Below are positions 20,373 through 29,514 of a stretch of 64,000 nt of DNA, one piece after another. The stretch lies in the IMG/VR virus record IMGVR_UViG_3300047557_002769, positions 64,001 to 128,000 of that record; one strand, 5' to 3'. The number at the start of each line of letters is the position of its first letter. Position 1 is the first letter of the stretch. The notes under the pieces were generated by a model. It worked only from the letters and a program-made list of their open reading frames with translations. It ran no database searches and had not been told where the DNA came from. The position numbers and the translations under genes are program-made. Source of the DNA: a virus.

Positions 20373-20727
20373 CTAACTTCCTAAAAAATAATAAACTGTT
20401 AGCAAACTCCGAGCCAATAACAGGTTTATCTCTATAGTCATCACCTACAACCATAACCCAGGGGTTGTAGAATCTTACCAATTCACGTAACTCATCATCG
20501 CTGTCAAAAATGGCAACTTTACTAACAGCCTTTATATTTTCAAGCATGAACTTACGTTCATGCTGGTTATTAACAGGTCTACTTGAGCCCTTTTTTTCTT
20601 TTACTCTACGATCGCTGTCGATAGCTACTATTAGTTGATCACCCAGGCTGCTAGCAAAATTAAGTAACTTAAGATGACCAGTATGCAGAATATCAAACGT
20701 TCCATTTACAAAGATTGTTTTCTCCAC
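20326..20727 (-). CDS. Heptose-1-phosphate nucleotidyltransferase (HldE/RfaE domain II, HldC-like)
   Basis: NGTFDILHTGH, DSDRRVKEKKG..RP, GDDY, YSTT. Confidence 0.88.
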   Translation of the reverse strand: MEKTIFVNGTFDILHTGHLKLLNFASSLGDQLIVAIDSDRRVKEKKGSSRPVNNQHERKFMLENIKAVSKVAIFDSDDELRELVRFYNPWVMVVGDDYRDKPVIGSEFANSLLFFRKLDDYSTTKKIQSIAGR

Positions 20728-21434
20728 GGGTAACCTTCTTTTGTATTATAACGCGATCTCATAACATTATTACCCTGTTCGAAAAATTCTTTCTTTACCG
20801 AGCCTTCGTTACCACCCAAGCGGTATCTAAGTGTATGCAGACCGGTACAATCAAAAGAATCAGGCCTGAAATTCTTAGCAATCATAAAGAATCTACGATC
20901 AGCACCCCAACCGTAGTCCCAGATATGACCTATTTGTCTAATAAATTCAACTTTAAAGCAATAGCAACTTGAATCTACTAAATGGACATCTTGACCGACC
21001 CAGGCAGGCCATTTACCCAGCGATTCGCAGTTATCGTTACAGATAAAAGTTCCGTTTTTATCTACAATGGATCTAAGGCTATAAGACCAGTCAAGATTTT
21101 TACTTTTAATAAGTGATACGAGACTCTCAACATGGTTATTTTCGTACATGTTGTCTTGATCAAGAAAGAGTACATACTCGTGATTAATCAAATGACTGAA
21201 GCCAGCCATAATTCGGTGTCCATAGAAGCCGTTACTCCCGGTATTAAACGGTAGGTATACGGCTCGAAGACGTTCCTGTTTGTTTAACTTTACAACGCTT
21301 TCAACCTCGCTTGTAAAGTTATCACCGTCACAGACCAGTAAGTGATCAACAGGAACGGTTTGCTCTTTTACTGATTTTATCGCGTCAGCAACTTCAGGCG
21401 CACCGGTTGTGGGTGTAATAACTAAGATACTCAT
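20706..21434 (-). CDS. GT2-like glycosyltransferase
   Basis: VITPT..SVKEQT..VCDG..FLDQDN (DxD). Confidence 0.75.
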   Translation of the reverse strand: MSILVITPTTGAPEVADAIKSVKEQTVPVDHLLVCDGDNFTSEVESVVKLNKQERLRAVYLPFNTGSNGFYGHRIMAGFSHLINHEYVLFLDQDNMYENNHVESLVSLIKSKNLDWSYSLRSIVDKNGTFICNDNCESLGKWPAWVGQDVHLVDSSCYCFKVEFIRQIGHIWDYGWGADRRFFMIAKNFRPDSFDCTGLHTLRYRLGGNEGSVKKEFFEQGNNVMRSRYNTKEGYPWRKQSL

Positions 21435-22045
21435 AAAAATAAAAAATCAATTTTAAATTGTTCAGTATAGCCTACTTCTCGTTTATTGGAAAAATAGTTT
21501 GTGTGAAAGCTTTCAATACAATCATCACTAAAATAGTTTCTACTTTGCTGAGTCTCAAATAATTTTAGTAGTTGTACTTTTTTTTCATAGTGTTCAGTCA
21601 CATCAACAAAAACATTAGCGGACCAAGTATGAGATGTTGATGGGGTATTATACTCTAAATGAGATATTTTCTTTTTTCTAGTCAGCGCCCTACCTACACT
21701 ACTTATTATTTTGTGTTCAAAGTGAAAGTCATCTGCAGGCGGAGTAAGTATAGAATCATAAACTAACTTATGCGTTTCAACCCAGTTTACGAGTTGATCT
21801 TCAGTTGTCGATTTTATAAAAACGTCTCTTGAATCAACAACCAAAGCGTTATTAATATCGCTCCAAAACGATTTTGTCTCTTCTATTCTCTGTAAACTTG
21901 CTTTATCAAAATCACCACCAGCTGACATATTTAAAATATAGAATGTTGTTCCGGGATATTTTAATACTGTGCCAGCAATAGAATATTCAGCATCATCTGG
22001 GTGAGGTGATAGTACTAAAGCATTACTTATTCCAAGAAACTTTAT
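21431..22045 (-). CDS. PIG-L/LmbE family N-deacetylase, probably starting at a non-ATG codon
   Basis: Frame extends upstream of track start 21928 through LVLSPHPDDAEYS; DFHFEH motif; only ATA/ATT available after an in-frame TAG. Confidence 0.75.
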   Translation of the reverse strand: MKFLGISNALVLSPHPDDAEYSIAGTVLKYPGTTFYILNMSAGGDFDKASLQRIEETKSFWSDINNALVVDSRDVFIKSTTEDQLVNWVETHKLVYDSILTPPADDFHFEHKIISSVGRALTRKKKISHLEYNTPSTSHTWSANVFVDVTEHYEKKVQLLKLFETQQSRNYFSDDCIESFHTNYFSNKREVGYTEQFKIDFLFL

Positions 22046-22877
22046 AATGTGCCTCTATTGATTTAAATGGCTTACCAGTATATATCTTAATTCCATTCCT
22101 TCGAAGAAAGTCACGAAGATCTTCAACAACTTCGTTTTCGAATCCAGTGAGTCGTTTATTAAGCGGGTTGATTAAAGTTGTTCCGTCCACCTGTTGAAGC
22201 AATATACAACCATTGAACTGAACTTCAATCTTAAGTACTGAAGAGATGTTCTTGTGATTCAATTGCTTTTCCCATTCCTTAACGACCTTACTGATAATTT
22301 CTTTTTTATCTTCAAGAGAAAGTTGCTTCGGGTAGTAGTTTTCTTTTATTATCTTACACGGATTGCCTGCGGCTAGACTACCATTAGGTATACTTCGATT
22401 AATAATGGAGTTAGTCCCAATGACACAGTCACTGCCTATATCCACATTTGGTAGAACAATACTTCTTGCCGGGAGCCATACTCGATTGCCGATGCTTACT
22501 GGGCCGAAGCTAGCTGGAAACCCTGAAAGTATATCTAACCAAGCACCGTGTGTCCAGATTAAACATTCCGTACCAATACCAACATCATCCCCTATAGTAA
22601 CTTCTTCTGAAGGATTAATTACTGTGCGCTCAAACACACCAACATGATTACCGATTCTTACATTTGAGTTAGGGCCTGTGCAACCCCCTCTACCAACTTC
22701 TACCTCGCTAGAAAAATATAGATAGTCCCCGGCAATAAAGCTTTTACAGGTTATTTTCGAACCGGGTCCTATATAACAGTTTTCACCCAGAATAAATTCA
22801 TCACATTCAACGACAACGGATGGGTGAACAGTAGATGAACCGGGTACTTGTATTTTATTAGCTCTGATCATCACCAA
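22023..22877 (-). CDS. Hexapeptide-repeat acyltransferase
   Basis: Repeated IG hexapeptides, IWTH, GPVSIGNRVW, AAGNPCKII. Confidence 0.85.
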   Translation of the reverse strand: MVMIRANKIQVPGSSTVHPSVVVECDEFILGENCYIGPGSKITCKSFIAGDYLYFSSEVEVGRGGCTGPNSNVRIGNHVGVFERTVINPSEEVTIGDDVGIGTECLIWTHGAWLDILSGFPASFGPVSIGNRVWLPARSIVLPNVDIGSDCVIGTNSIINRSIPNGSLAAGNPCKIIKENYYPKQLSLEDKKEIISKVVKEWEKQLNHKNISSVLKIEVQFNGCILLQQVDGTTLINPLNKRLTGFENEVVEDLRDFLRRNGIKIYTGKPFKSIEAHYKVSWNK

Positions 22878-23556
22878 AATGCACGTTAGGGTTGTTCTGC
22901 TTATTAATAGGTTTGTTGTTCCTTTGAATGGTCACACCGAGATTTAAATTAACGTATTGCGTCACTGGTGCATCATTCATTTTACCTTTACCAGCAGATG
23001 CTTTACTTACATTATCAGCAAAAACTAACTTACCGGTCTCACCATACAACGGCCAGACTACCCGTGTTTTCTCTCTTGCGCAAACATAGTTACCGGCTTG
23101 ATGTAGTAACGTCATAGGCCCGCTTAACAAATGATCAGTATCATTTTCAACTAATTCACAGTAACGTTTAGCAACTGACTGACTAACTGTATAACATTCA
23201 ACCGCAATTCCTGCCATCCATACTGCAGTAGTAGGAATTTTGCTTAGCATGATTTTAAACATATCTACCCTATTTGGCCAAAGATATGCATCATGCTCCA
23301 TGATAACGAATTTTTCACCATCGGCAAGTTTTTTCATTAAGTTATAATGACTCACCATTGCAGCAATCTGTGTTGGTGTTCTTTTTTTGTTTTTGCTTAG
23401 GTTAAGATGAGAAGGGATAGTATCAGGCACCGTGCATTGCACACGCTCGATAGTTAAAAATTCACTAACCGGTACAAAAGACTTAATACTGTAATCGCTG
23501 TACTGTACAGATACAGGATTATTTAAGTCTACGATTTGAAACGCTTTTAGTCCCAT
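22858..23556 (-). CDS. GT25-like glycosyltransferase
   Basis: AAMVSHYNLMK...VIMEHDA resembles the GT25 SH...LEDD core. Confidence 0.55.
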   Translation of the reverse strand: MGLKAFQIVDLNNPVSVQYSDYSIKSFVPVSEFLTIERVQCTVPDTIPSHLNLSKNKKRTPTQIAAMVSHYNLMKKLADGEKFVIMEHDAYLWPNRVDMFKIMLSKIPTTAVWMAGIAVECYTVSQSVAKRYCELVENDTDHLLSGPMTLLHQAGNYVCAREKTRVVWPLYGETGKLVFADNVSKASAGKGKMNDAPVTQYVNLNLGVTIQRNNKPINKQNNPNVHFGDDQS

Positions 23557-24152
23557 AGGCTTCGGAAGTATTTGCCAAATAAACGTAAACCATTATCAAT
23601 CCGATCATTAAAAGTAGCCAGTCCTTCAGTGTCGACTTTAATTCTTGAAATTGCATCTTGGAGTGGTTCTTTTTTATTTGTTTGGGGATGAGTGAAGAAT
23701 TGTGCCTCTGCGTCTTCTTTACACAGCTGTTCAAACGCCCAGATCATTTCATCCATGACCCAATCCCAACGCTTGAAATGATTGCTATCGATATCCCAAT
23801 CATTCACCTTAGGTTCGGTGTTTGTAGATCTAAGCTCTTCTGGCACATCTTCATCGTCAACCAGCGGCGCGCCGTGCTTAGTAGCTTGAAGCTGCTTAAG
23901 CATAGGGAGAATAATAGGGGAGAGGGTATGGTCCATTGACCACGTATCCCAGTAATCAATTTTTACATACTTAATCTCGGGATGAATGAAGTTAAGAAAC
24001 TTCTGAATAGCCTTACAAATAGGCTCAAGCCTATCAGCCCACTTTTCGATCACAGGCTCATCGAAATCAATCTCGCGCCAAAAGAAAACCTTCTCAAGGA
24101 TAGTATACGGGCTGATCCAATGATTACGGTATTTACTTAGATAAATTTTCAC
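23547..24152 (-). CDS. Conserved hypothetical phage protein
   Basis: DTWSMDHTL..IILPMLKQL..KHGAP..RWDWVMDEMIWAF..GLRLFGKY. Confidence 0.65.
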   Translation of the reverse strand: MKIYLSKYRNHWISPYTILEKVFFWREIDFDEPVIEKWADRLEPICKAIQKFLNFIHPEIKYVKIDYWDTWSMDHTLSPIILPMLKQLQATKHGAPLVDDEDVPEELRSTNTEPKVNDWDIDSNHFKRWDWVMDEMIWAFEQLCKEDAEAQFFTHPQTNKKEPLQDAISRIKVDTEGLATFNDRIDNGLRLFGKYFRSLWD

Positions 24153-24321
24153 GCTCTTCCTTTGACAAATTACGAAGTATCAGAGAGCCGTTCTCCTGTC
24201 TAATATGTATCTGATCGCCTTCACGCCAATCTTCCTCCTGACACATCTCAGGTGGAAATTGCAAGATACCGTCCCCAGATCCATCCTCGGAATCTAAAAT
24301 TTCGGTAATATACTTTTTCAT
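24133..24321 (-). CDS. AbrB/MazE-like small DNA-binding protein
   Basis: GDGILQFPPE...WREGDQI pattern. Confidence 0.55.
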   Translation of the reverse strand: MKKYITEILDSEDGSGDGILQFPPEMCQEEDWREGDQIHIRQENGSLILRNLSKEERENLSK

Positions 24322-24327
24322 AATGTA

Positions 24328-24403
24328 TGGTAGGCCCGACGTGATTCGAACACGTGACTGGTGAATTATGAGTTCACTGTTATAACCGCTTAACTACAGG
24401 CCC
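24328..24403 (-). tRNA. tRNA with CAT anticodon, probably Ile2 (lysidine type)
   Basis: GGGCCTG acceptor, GTGAA-CTCATAA-TTCAC arm, GTTCGAATC, CCA; fMet and Met tRNAs are present separately. Confidence 0.8.
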
Positions 24404-24421
24404 TTAACTTGCAATGAAATC

Positions 24422-24682
24422 TTAAATCTTTTTTAGTGCGTCTTTACGCATTAAAAAGGAACGAGCGTTATCGAACTTATGTACCCGAACGTACTCTACA
24501 CCATCGATAAACTCAGATGCGTGATAATTTTCACACAGCCATTCCTCTTGATTAAGCGGATTAACTAGTTTTACAGTCTTAGGTTTTGACTTACCGAATG
24601 TACGATTCCAGTTGTTATCGAACTCGTTCCTCGAAACACCAAAAGGGCGAGGAGAAGAGCCTTTACCTGCTTCTCTGTTCAT
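24422..24682 (-). CDS. Hypothetical protein
   Basis: GKGSSPRP...FDNNWNRTFGK motif. Confidence 0.55.
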   Translation of the reverse strand: MNREAGKGSSPRPFGVSRNEFDNNWNRTFGKSKPKTVKLVNPLNQEEWLCENYHASEFIDGVEYVRVHKFDNARSFLMRKDALKKI

Positions 24683-24960
24683 GATAGTACAATCCCATTT
24701 CCAAAAATATTATTATACTGATTATAAAGTTCTTTAACAGGCTTTGCAGTCCAAATTACGCTTTTCTTAGGGATTGTAAGGATGTAATCCTCAACATATA
24801 CGGCGTAGGGAGCAAGAGCCAACATGGGCTGCTCAGGATTGGATCTAGACGGTACAAACTGAATATAAGCAGGGCGCTTAAGCTTGTAAGTATCCTCGTC
24901 CTCACTCTCAATTTGAGCTACTACTTCTTCCCCGGTAACAATTTTCAATACTAGAACCAT
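24679..24960 (-). CDS. Sm-like fold small protein
   Basis: KIVTGEEVVA...Y...FG.GIV family; paralog-like ORF at 33144-33440. Confidence 0.55.
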   Translation of the reverse strand: MVLVLKIVTGEEVVAQIESEDEDTYKLKRPAYIQFVPSRSNPEQPMLALAPYAVYVEDYILTIPKKSVIWTAKPVKELYNQYNNIFGNGIVLS

Positions 24961-25138
24961 TTTTAACGACACTTTCTAAAAAATTATGTGCTTCATCTTC
25001 ATCATCAAAGACTCTCACTATCGTACACATTATATACTCATTGTGAAAAATAATCAATATCTGTTCGTCAAAGACACTAGCCTTTACGATCCAATTGTTA
25101 ATATTTACAGCAGAAAGAGTAGTGAGATAAGGTACCAT
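24908..25138 (-). CDS. Hypothetical protein
   Basis: Co-oriented ORF, WIVKASVF..QIL. Confidence 0.45.
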   Translation of the reverse strand: MVPYLTTLSAVNINNWIVKASVFDEQILIIFHNEYIMCTIVRVFDDEDEAHNFLESVVKNGSSIENCYRGRSSSSN

Positions 25139-25277
25139 ATGAATAGCCGTTTAAGGCTATTTATTAGTACATGTTTTTCAGTTGTCTTTTACGTTTCGCT
25201 TCGTAGATCTCTTGAGCCCATTCTACAAAGAATTTATAGGCTGATTTTAGATATTTCATACTATCCTTAAAATAAGT

Positions 25278-25297
25278 AAGGCCGGCGAACCGGCCTT
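25278..25297 (-). terminator. UUCG-loop hairpin after hsp20
   Basis: AAGGCCGG-TTCG-CCGGCCTT. Confidence 0.65.
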
Positions 25298-25301
25298 TGT
25301 T

Positions 25302-25817
25302 TTACAGGTCTCGACCCTGTGGGTCTTCAGTAAGAAGTTCAGGTTTACCTTTTTTAGTTTTGGTTTCAGATGGATCTTTAACCTCTACTTTTTTAGGCTT
25401 CTTATGCTCAGGGATAATACGCTCAAGGAACACCTTCAGCATACCGTTCAATAGCTCAGCGTCTTTTACTTCAATGTAATCGTCTAGCGCGAAAGTACGC
25501 GTAAATGCTCGAGCAGCAATACCCTTGAACAGGAAGTTTTCCTCTGCTTCTTGGGAATGGACGTTACCCTTAACAATCATCTTACCATCTGCGAGCTCGA
25601 TTTCGATATCTTGCTTAGCAAAACCAGCAACAGCGATTTCGATAACGTATGTGTTATCGCCTGTTTTCTTAATATTGTAGGGAGGATAGTTGGGAATATT
25701 CTTGGTAAGATCATCATGGATCTTAGCAAGTTTGTTGAACTGATCGTCAAAGCCGACATAAAGTTTGTCAAAGTCCTTGAACACATCACGACCAAATACG
25801 TCTTTAATAAACGTCAT
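25302..25817 (-). CDS. Small heat-shock protein (Hsp20/IbpA-like)
   Basis: NYPPYNI, IEIAVAGF, FLFKGIAARAFTRTF, AELLNGML. Confidence 0.95.
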   Translation of the reverse strand: MTFIKDVFGRDVFKDFDKLYVGFDDQFNKLAKIHDDLTKNIPNYPPYNIKKTGDNTYVIEIAVAGFAKQDIEIELADGKMIVKGNVHSQEAEENFLFKGIAARAFTRTFALDDYIEVKDAELLNGMLKVFLERIIPEHKKPKKVEVKDPSETKTKKGKPELLTEDPQGRDL

Positions 25818-25823
25818 AAGTTT

Positions 25824-25839
25824 CTCCTTATTAAGCGAG
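25824..25839 (-). promoter_or_regulatory. ROSE-like RNA thermometer hairpin sequestering the hsp20 SD
   Basis: CTCGCTT-AAT-AAGGAG with bulged G, 6 nt before the ATG. Confidence 0.65.
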
Positions 25840-25961
25840 TTAAAAAAAGTTACCCTAAAAGGCGCAACGGAGCCGCTTACGATTACGGCGTCAGTCTAAC
25901 GTCCTGACCGAACTAGCTTCGGACTAGCAGTACGTCCCATCCCGCGGGAGTATTACATAAT

Positions 25962-25969
25962 TATTTATA
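25962..25969 (-). promoter_or_regulatory. T4-type late promoter TATAAATA
   Basis: Exact consensus heading the hsp20 leader. Confidence 0.65.
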
Positions 25970-26395
25970 TTATTTCTCAACTTTTTTCTTACCAATATTG
26001 TACTTAGCTTGTAAATCCCACTCGTTTTTTTCTCTATACGAAATAATCTTTATTTGTGAAAGCGGTGCCCGGTCTTCCGCAGCATCCTTGTTCACAATTT
26101 TAATTAATCCCCAATCAGAAAGTAAGGCAGCAATAGTATTTCTTCTTTGTAGATCATTATCTGTAATATCAGCTTGCTTACCGTCTAAGGCGAATAGTTC
26201 TTTAAAATGGACGATAAAATACTTACCTTGTTTATGGAGGATATGGCAAGACTGATATAAGATCTTTTCTTTCTTAGACGCTACACCAATACGCGTAAGC
26301 GTTTCTTTGACTTTAAGGAAATCATCCGGTTGCGATAGTACAACTTCTAGAGGTAAATAACCGGGAAAATCAATATTGAAAAACTCATGTGACAT
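25970..26395 (-). CDS. regA: Translational repressor RegA
   Basis: DDFLKVKETLTRIGVAS...LYQSCHILHKQGKYFIVHFKELFALDG. Confidence 0.97.
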   Translation of the reverse strand: MSHEFFNIDFPGYLPLEVVLSQPDDFLKVKETLTRIGVASKKEKILYQSCHILHKQGKYFIVHFKELFALDGKQADITDNDLQRRNTIAALLSDWGLIKIVNKDAAEDRAPLSQIKIISYREKNEWDLQAKYNIGKKKVEK

Positions 26396-26838
26396 TATTC
26401 TCCACCTTTATCTAACTTTCTTTTTATTGTTTGTAATTGTTCGTCGGTGAGGATGGAGATCGCCTGTCTAGCTTTTTCAGTATTATAGCCATAGTACAGT
26501 TTTACCAACTCCATCGCTTCAATTTTTTCAGCCTTAATCCACTTATTAAATCGCTTTTTCGGCCGAATAATATTTATAAGAAATTGGTACTGTAACTTTT
26601 TATCGAGATGTGCTCTAGAGTTCATCTCATTTGCTGCAATAACTGTATCTGCTCCATAAGAGAGCCCTTTGTTAACGATATAAGGAGCATACTGCTTTTC
26701 GGACCAATCATCAACAATTAAATCTTCTTTTGTGTGATTAATCGAGTTAATAAAATCAAACGGGCTAATAGACGGTGCTTTATACACCTCATCCAGCTTC
26801 ACATCAACCGGTTGCCCGAAAACATCATTTATATTCAT
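26395..26838 (-). CDS. gp62: Clamp loader small subunit (gp62-like)
   Basis: PFDFINSIN..Y.PYIVN..LSY..ANEMN..YYGYN.EKA; synteny. Confidence 0.9.
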   Translation of the reverse strand: MNINDVFGQPVDVKLDEVYKAPSISPFDFINSINHTKEDLIVDDWSEKQYAPYIVNKGLSYGADTVIAANEMNSRAHLDKKLQYQFLINIIRPKKRFNKWIKAEKIEAMELVKLYYGYNTEKARQAISILTDEQLQTIKRKLDKGGE

Positions 26839-27122
26839 ACAATCATTCTCAATAGACCAAACGTATCAATAGTTACCAGAAGTAGATAATTGGCCAACAT
26901 ACCAAAGCTACGACGACTGTAAGCAGCCCAAGCATAAAGGCTGCAGCCAATAATCCAAGCTGGATAAAGAATAAGAAGAGGAGGATCAGGTACGGTAAAA
27001 GCCATGGCGAGAGAGCAACCAATACTAATAGCCCAAGCAACCACTTCGATAGTGAACCTAACACGATGGCTTTCCCAGTCTTCCTTAATCCATTTGAATA
27101 TGTCACAAAAAATATCTATCAC
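26835..27122 (-). CDS. Small membrane protein
   Basis: Three hydrophobic segments. Confidence 0.6.
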   Translation of the reverse strand: MIDIFCDIFKWIKEDWESHRVRFTIEVVAWAISIGCSLAMAFTVPDPPLLILYPAWIIGCSLYAWAAYSRRSFGMLANYLLLVTIDTFGLLRMIV

Positions 27123-27307
27123 AATACCCAGTCTTCCGCGTAATCTTCTGCTTGCCCCAGATTATTAAAAGGCATAGTTTTTTCTGATCCAAAATAGCTA
27201 TCCATAACTACTACTTCGTATAGCGATAGACTTTCGTCGTCGTTTTTATATACTAGAGCAGTTCTCATTTCGTTGTCGGAATAATATGTGCTAATTAGAG
27301 TCTTCAT
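27119..27307 (-). CDS. Hypothetical protein
   Basis: Translationally coupled ORF ending AEDYAEDWVL. Confidence 0.55.
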   Translation of the reverse strand: MKTLISTYYSDNEMRTALVYKNDDESLSLYEVVVMDSYFGSEKTMPFNNLGQAEDYAEDWVL

Positions 27308-28248
27308 TTTATCTCCACCGATGCCATAATTTCAGTCAGGCATGCAACTAGGTTTATTTCTTGATCAGACACGAATGCAGACTTATACTGATAATCAGCA
27401 ATCGTTAAGACCAACTGAGGTACCTGATTAGTAATAGGTACGAATGTATCATAGATTTTCCGGAACAGTGTAGCAGGGTCATTATCTAGGTTATTAACAA
27501 CCCAAGCACGCATCTTCTTCCAGTCTTTTTCCTTTACCGCTGTTACCAGCTCATTCATATTCGCTTCACCGATATTGGTAAGGATACCTTCATCGATTGA
27601 GCCAGACTGAGCGTACCGCTGCAGTTCGTTCAGAGTGCGTCGAAAATCTGGAAAATGCTTTTCAACTACCTTTGCAAGTACCTTACTATCAAAGGTAAGG
27701 TCTTCTTTTGCAAGAATATCGACAACACGTTTATAGAACTGTGCAGCCAGTTTCGGCTTTTCAGCTTTAGGAATTTTAAAATCAATAACAGCACATCTCG
27801 AATGCAGAGGCTGAATAATTCGATTCTTAAAGTTGCAAGTAAAAATAAAGCGGCAGTTATTTGCAAACTCTTCAATGAATCCACGAAGAGCTGGCTGTGT
27901 AGAATTAGGGTTCAGATAGTCAGCCTCGTCAAGAATAACAACCTTAGTGTTACCTGTAAACGAGACTGTAGATGCAAAAGATTTAATCTTAGTGCGAAGA
28001 ACGTCAATACCAGACTCTTCAGAGCCGTTAATAACGATATAGTCTGAATTTAATTCTTCACACAAAGCACGGGCAACGGTGGTCTTACCCGTTCCTGCAC
28101 TCCCTGAGAAGAGCATATTTTGAATATCGCCTGATTTAATAACACCAGCGAAATACTCTTTAAGATCCTTTGGTAGGATACAATCATCAATCTTTCTCGG
28201 ACGATATTTCTCCGTCCAAATAAAATGCATAGCGGTATCATCAATCAT
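27304..28248 (-). CDS. gp44: Clamp loader large subunit (gp44-like)
   Basis: WTEKYRP, GSAGTGKTT, ILDEAD, PLHSRC, FPDFRR. Confidence 0.97.
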   Translation of the reverse strand: MIDDTAMHFIWTEKYRPRKIDDCILPKDLKEYFAGVIKSGDIQNMLFSGSAGTGKTTVARALCEELNSDYIVINGSEESGIDVLRTKIKSFASTVSFTGNTKVVILDEADYLNPNSTQPALRGFIEEFANNCRFIFTCNFKNRIIQPLHSRCAVIDFKIPKAEKPKLAAQFYKRVVDILAKEDLTFDSKVLAKVVEKHFPDFRRTLNELQRYAQSGSIDEGILTNIGEANMNELVTAVKEKDWKKMRAWVVNNLDNDPATLFRKIYDTFVPITNQVPQLVLTIADYQYKSAFVSDQEINLVACLTEIMASVEIK

Positions 28249-28786
28249 TAATTTCACTCCAAGTAATACCTTTTTTCTTTAAAGAAAAATAGGATTTAAC
28301 ATTATAAAAATTAAACATCTCAGCAAAGCCTCTAAAGACGTTACCATTTGAACATCTAAGAGTTTTTTTCTTAGCTTCGCTGATTTTAGGGGTTTTACCA
28401 TATTTTTTACCCCAGTTTGGACTCAGCAACCCTCTCTTTCCATAATTAGGATTGCCTTCCCCGATGTAGCTTCTTCGTGCCTTCATACCTTTTTTATAGT
28501 TAGGGCTGTCAGCTGTTCTACCCCCGTCGCCACCGCTTGTCATATTATACTTAGGCTTAAGCTCTTCAATCCAGTACTTTTCCCGTTCTTCGTTGAGAGT
28601 GTTATCGCAATCGTCTATAGTCTCAATAGTAAAATTTTCTATTCCGTATTTACGCATGGATCTGTAAAGATATGTCTCTACCCCAACCCTCGCGTTGCGT
28701 TTATGAAAGTACCACCGTTTTGTAACATTCGACGAGTAGCCAATATAGAAGTCTTGTGTTATTAAATTAACTATTTTATAAATCAT
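28241..28786 (-). mobile_element. Free-standing GIY-YIG homing endonuclease (Seg-like)
   Basis: MIYKIVN...FYIGYS...RW..H...EREKYWI...YN; GEGNPNYGK repeats; inserted between gp45 and gp44. Confidence 0.85.
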
Positions 28787-28842
28787 TTTCTGCTCCGGGC
28801 TATATACTTCAATATATAGGCAACCGGAACATTTAACGTCAA

Positions 28843-29514
28843 TTAAACTACAGAACCGGGCTCGCAAGCAATCCAATATTGTAGTTGTTTCGACTCATGC
28901 TTAAAGTGTAGGAACTTAGCTTTGCCGTTTGGTGTCTTAGCTACTGTTACCTCATATGCGTCAGGAATTACCTTAAGGTTCTCAACAGCAATATAAACAT
29001 CAAAGTCATCAAACGCCGTACCTAGTGGCTTTCTAAAGTTACTTGCTGTATCGTTCTTACGATCACAAACAGACAAAGTCACGTTTTGATTTTTATTAGT
29101 AACTGAGATAGTCGGCACACCGGTAATTGCAGCTGCTTTCATAATCATCTGAACGTCTTCTGCCATAAGCTTAAACTTATAGACTCCTACGTGTTCAATC
29201 TCACCAGACGGTGCACCTGTAACAATCTCTGGATTAGAGTAAAAGTATTCAAACTTACCCTTATCGCTAGATACCGTCAGGCTCTTATCACCAAAAGTAA
29301 TATCTTGATTCTCCATCAAAGTAAGCATCGCAAGCAACGAGTTAAGATCATACACTGCGAACTCGTTAGGAATACTTTCTTTGATAGTAGCCTTTGCAAA
29401 GATATTCTTTGCATTAGAGATAGTACTAACTGTATCACCGGGCTTGAAGATAATGTTCGTATTAATCGAAGCAAAGTTCTTCAAGATAGCTAAAGTTTCA
29501 TTACTGAACTTCAT
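28843..29514 (-). CDS. gp45: Sliding clamp (gp45-like)
   Basis: MKFSNETLAILKNFASIN...FAVYDLN...YWIACE. Confidence 0.95.
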   Translation of the reverse strand: MKFSNETLAILKNFASINTNIIFKPGDTVSTISNAKNIFAKATIKESIPNEFAVYDLNSLLAMLTLMENQDITFGDKSLTVSSDKGKFEYFYSNPEIVTGAPSGEIEHVGVYKFKLMAEDVQMIMKAAAITGVPTISVTNKNQNVTLSVCDRKNDTASNFRKPLGTAFDDFDVYIAVENLKVIPDAYEVTVAKTPNGKAKFLHFKHESKQLQYWIACEPGSVV

